DNA of 64,000 nucleotides from Escherichia coli (GTDB lineage Bacteria; Pseudomonadota; Gammaproteobacteria; Enterobacterales; Enterobacteriaceae): NCBI RefSeq assembly GCF_009931435.1, contig NZ_CP043414.1; one strand, 5' to 3'. Shown piece by piece: positions 63,361 to 64,000 of this stretch (position 1 is its first letter; each line of letters starts with the position of its first letter). The notes under the pieces were generated by a model. It saw only the letters and a program-made list of their open reading frames with translations, ran no database searches and was not told where the DNA came from. The position numbers and the translations under genes were made by a program.

Positions 63361-63666
63361 ATGAAACACAAGCTTTCTGCAATCCTTATGGCCTTCATGT
63401 TGACGACGCCAGCTGCGTTTGCTGCACCAGAAGTAGCAAACGGGACCGAGGCAACGACGGGTACTACTGGCACCACAACGACCACTACTGGTGCCACTAC
63501 GACTGCTGCTACCACCGGTGGCGTAGCTGCTGGCGCTGTCGGCACGGCGACGGTTGTCGGTGTGGCAACGGCTGTTGGTGTGGCGACTTTGGCAGTAGTT
63601 GCAGCAAATGACAATGGCGATGGCGGTTCTCATAACACCTCGACCACCACGTCCACTACGCGCTAA
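63361..63666 (+). CDS. gfcA: Threonine-rich inner-membrane/secreted protein GfcA (YmcD)
   Basis: ORF 63343..63666; start at ATG 63361 (MKHKLSAILMAFMLTTPAAFA) with AGGA RBS gives 101 aa; extreme T/G/A low-complexity region. Confidence 0.85.
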   Translation: MKHKLSAILMAFMLTTPAAFAAPEVANGTEATTGTTGTTTTTTGATTTAATTGGVAAGAVGTATVVGVATAVGVATLAVVAANDNGDGGSHNTSTTTSTTR

Positions 63667-63772
63667 TACTGCTTTAACGCGTCAAAATTAAAGTTAAATG
63701 ATACCCGGTTGCGATATTCGTACCGGGCTTTAGAGATTTGCATTTTTTTAATTAACCTTTCAAGGATTAAAG

Positions 63773-64000
63773 GTGCGCCCTCTTATTTTATCGATTTTCG
63801 CACTATTTCTTGCGGGATGTACACACAGCCAGCAAAGTATGGTCGATACATTTCGCGCCAGCCTTTTCGATAATCAGGATATCACCGTAGCGGATCAGCA
63901 GATCCAGGCGTTGCCTTATTCCACGATGTATTTACGCCTTAATGAAGGGCAACGAATCTTTGTGGTACTGGGATATATAGAACAAGAACAAAGCAAATGG
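63773..64000 (+). CDS. gfcB: Lipoprotein GfcB (YmcC), N-terminal part; runs off the window end
   Basis: In-frame GTG at 63773 then RPLILSIFALFLAGCTHSQQSMVDTF... (lipobox LAGC), open to the window end; start inferred. Confidence 0.75.
   Translation, partial: MRPLILSIFALFLAGCTHSQQSMVDTFRASLFDNQDITVADQQIQALPYSTMYLRLNEGQRIFVVLGYIEQEQSKW

Overview
This window reads as a contiguous stretch of Escherichia coli core chromosome, and I did not find a convincing previously undescribed system in it. Gene order matches, from memory, the K-12 region of roughly 1.05-1.12 Mb in inverted orientation: trhO(yceA, partial)-lpxL-mdtG-msyB-yceK-opgHG-opgC-clsC-ymdB-ymdA-csgCAB/csgDEFG (curli)-ycdZYX-ghrA-serX tRNA-dgcT-pgaABCD-phoH-efeBOU-putP/putA-rutR/rutABCDEFG-ymdF-wrbA-yccJ-agp-yccE-cbpAM-torDAC/torR/torT/torS-yccM-gnsA-ymcE-cspG/cspH-gfcA-gfcB(partial). 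Protein identities were assigned by reading the supplied translations; no database search was run. No transposase, integrase, prophage or CRISPR array is visible. The two leads most worth follow-up are (1) yccE, an AT-rich orphan gene whose product carries what looks like an OTU-type cysteine-protease motif pair, and (2) about 2.6 tandem copies of a ~181-bp unit immediately downstream of serX, each ending in a copy of the tRNA 3' end. Other observations are strain-level differences from K-12 as I remember it (intact efeU, no IS1 between cspH and gfcA, no IS3/ycdU between serX and dgcT) and known regulatory motif arrays that are readable directly in the sequence. Coordinates of CDSs come from the ORF track with starts adjusted to conserved N-termini; coordinates of short motifs were counted by hand and may be off by 1-2 nt.
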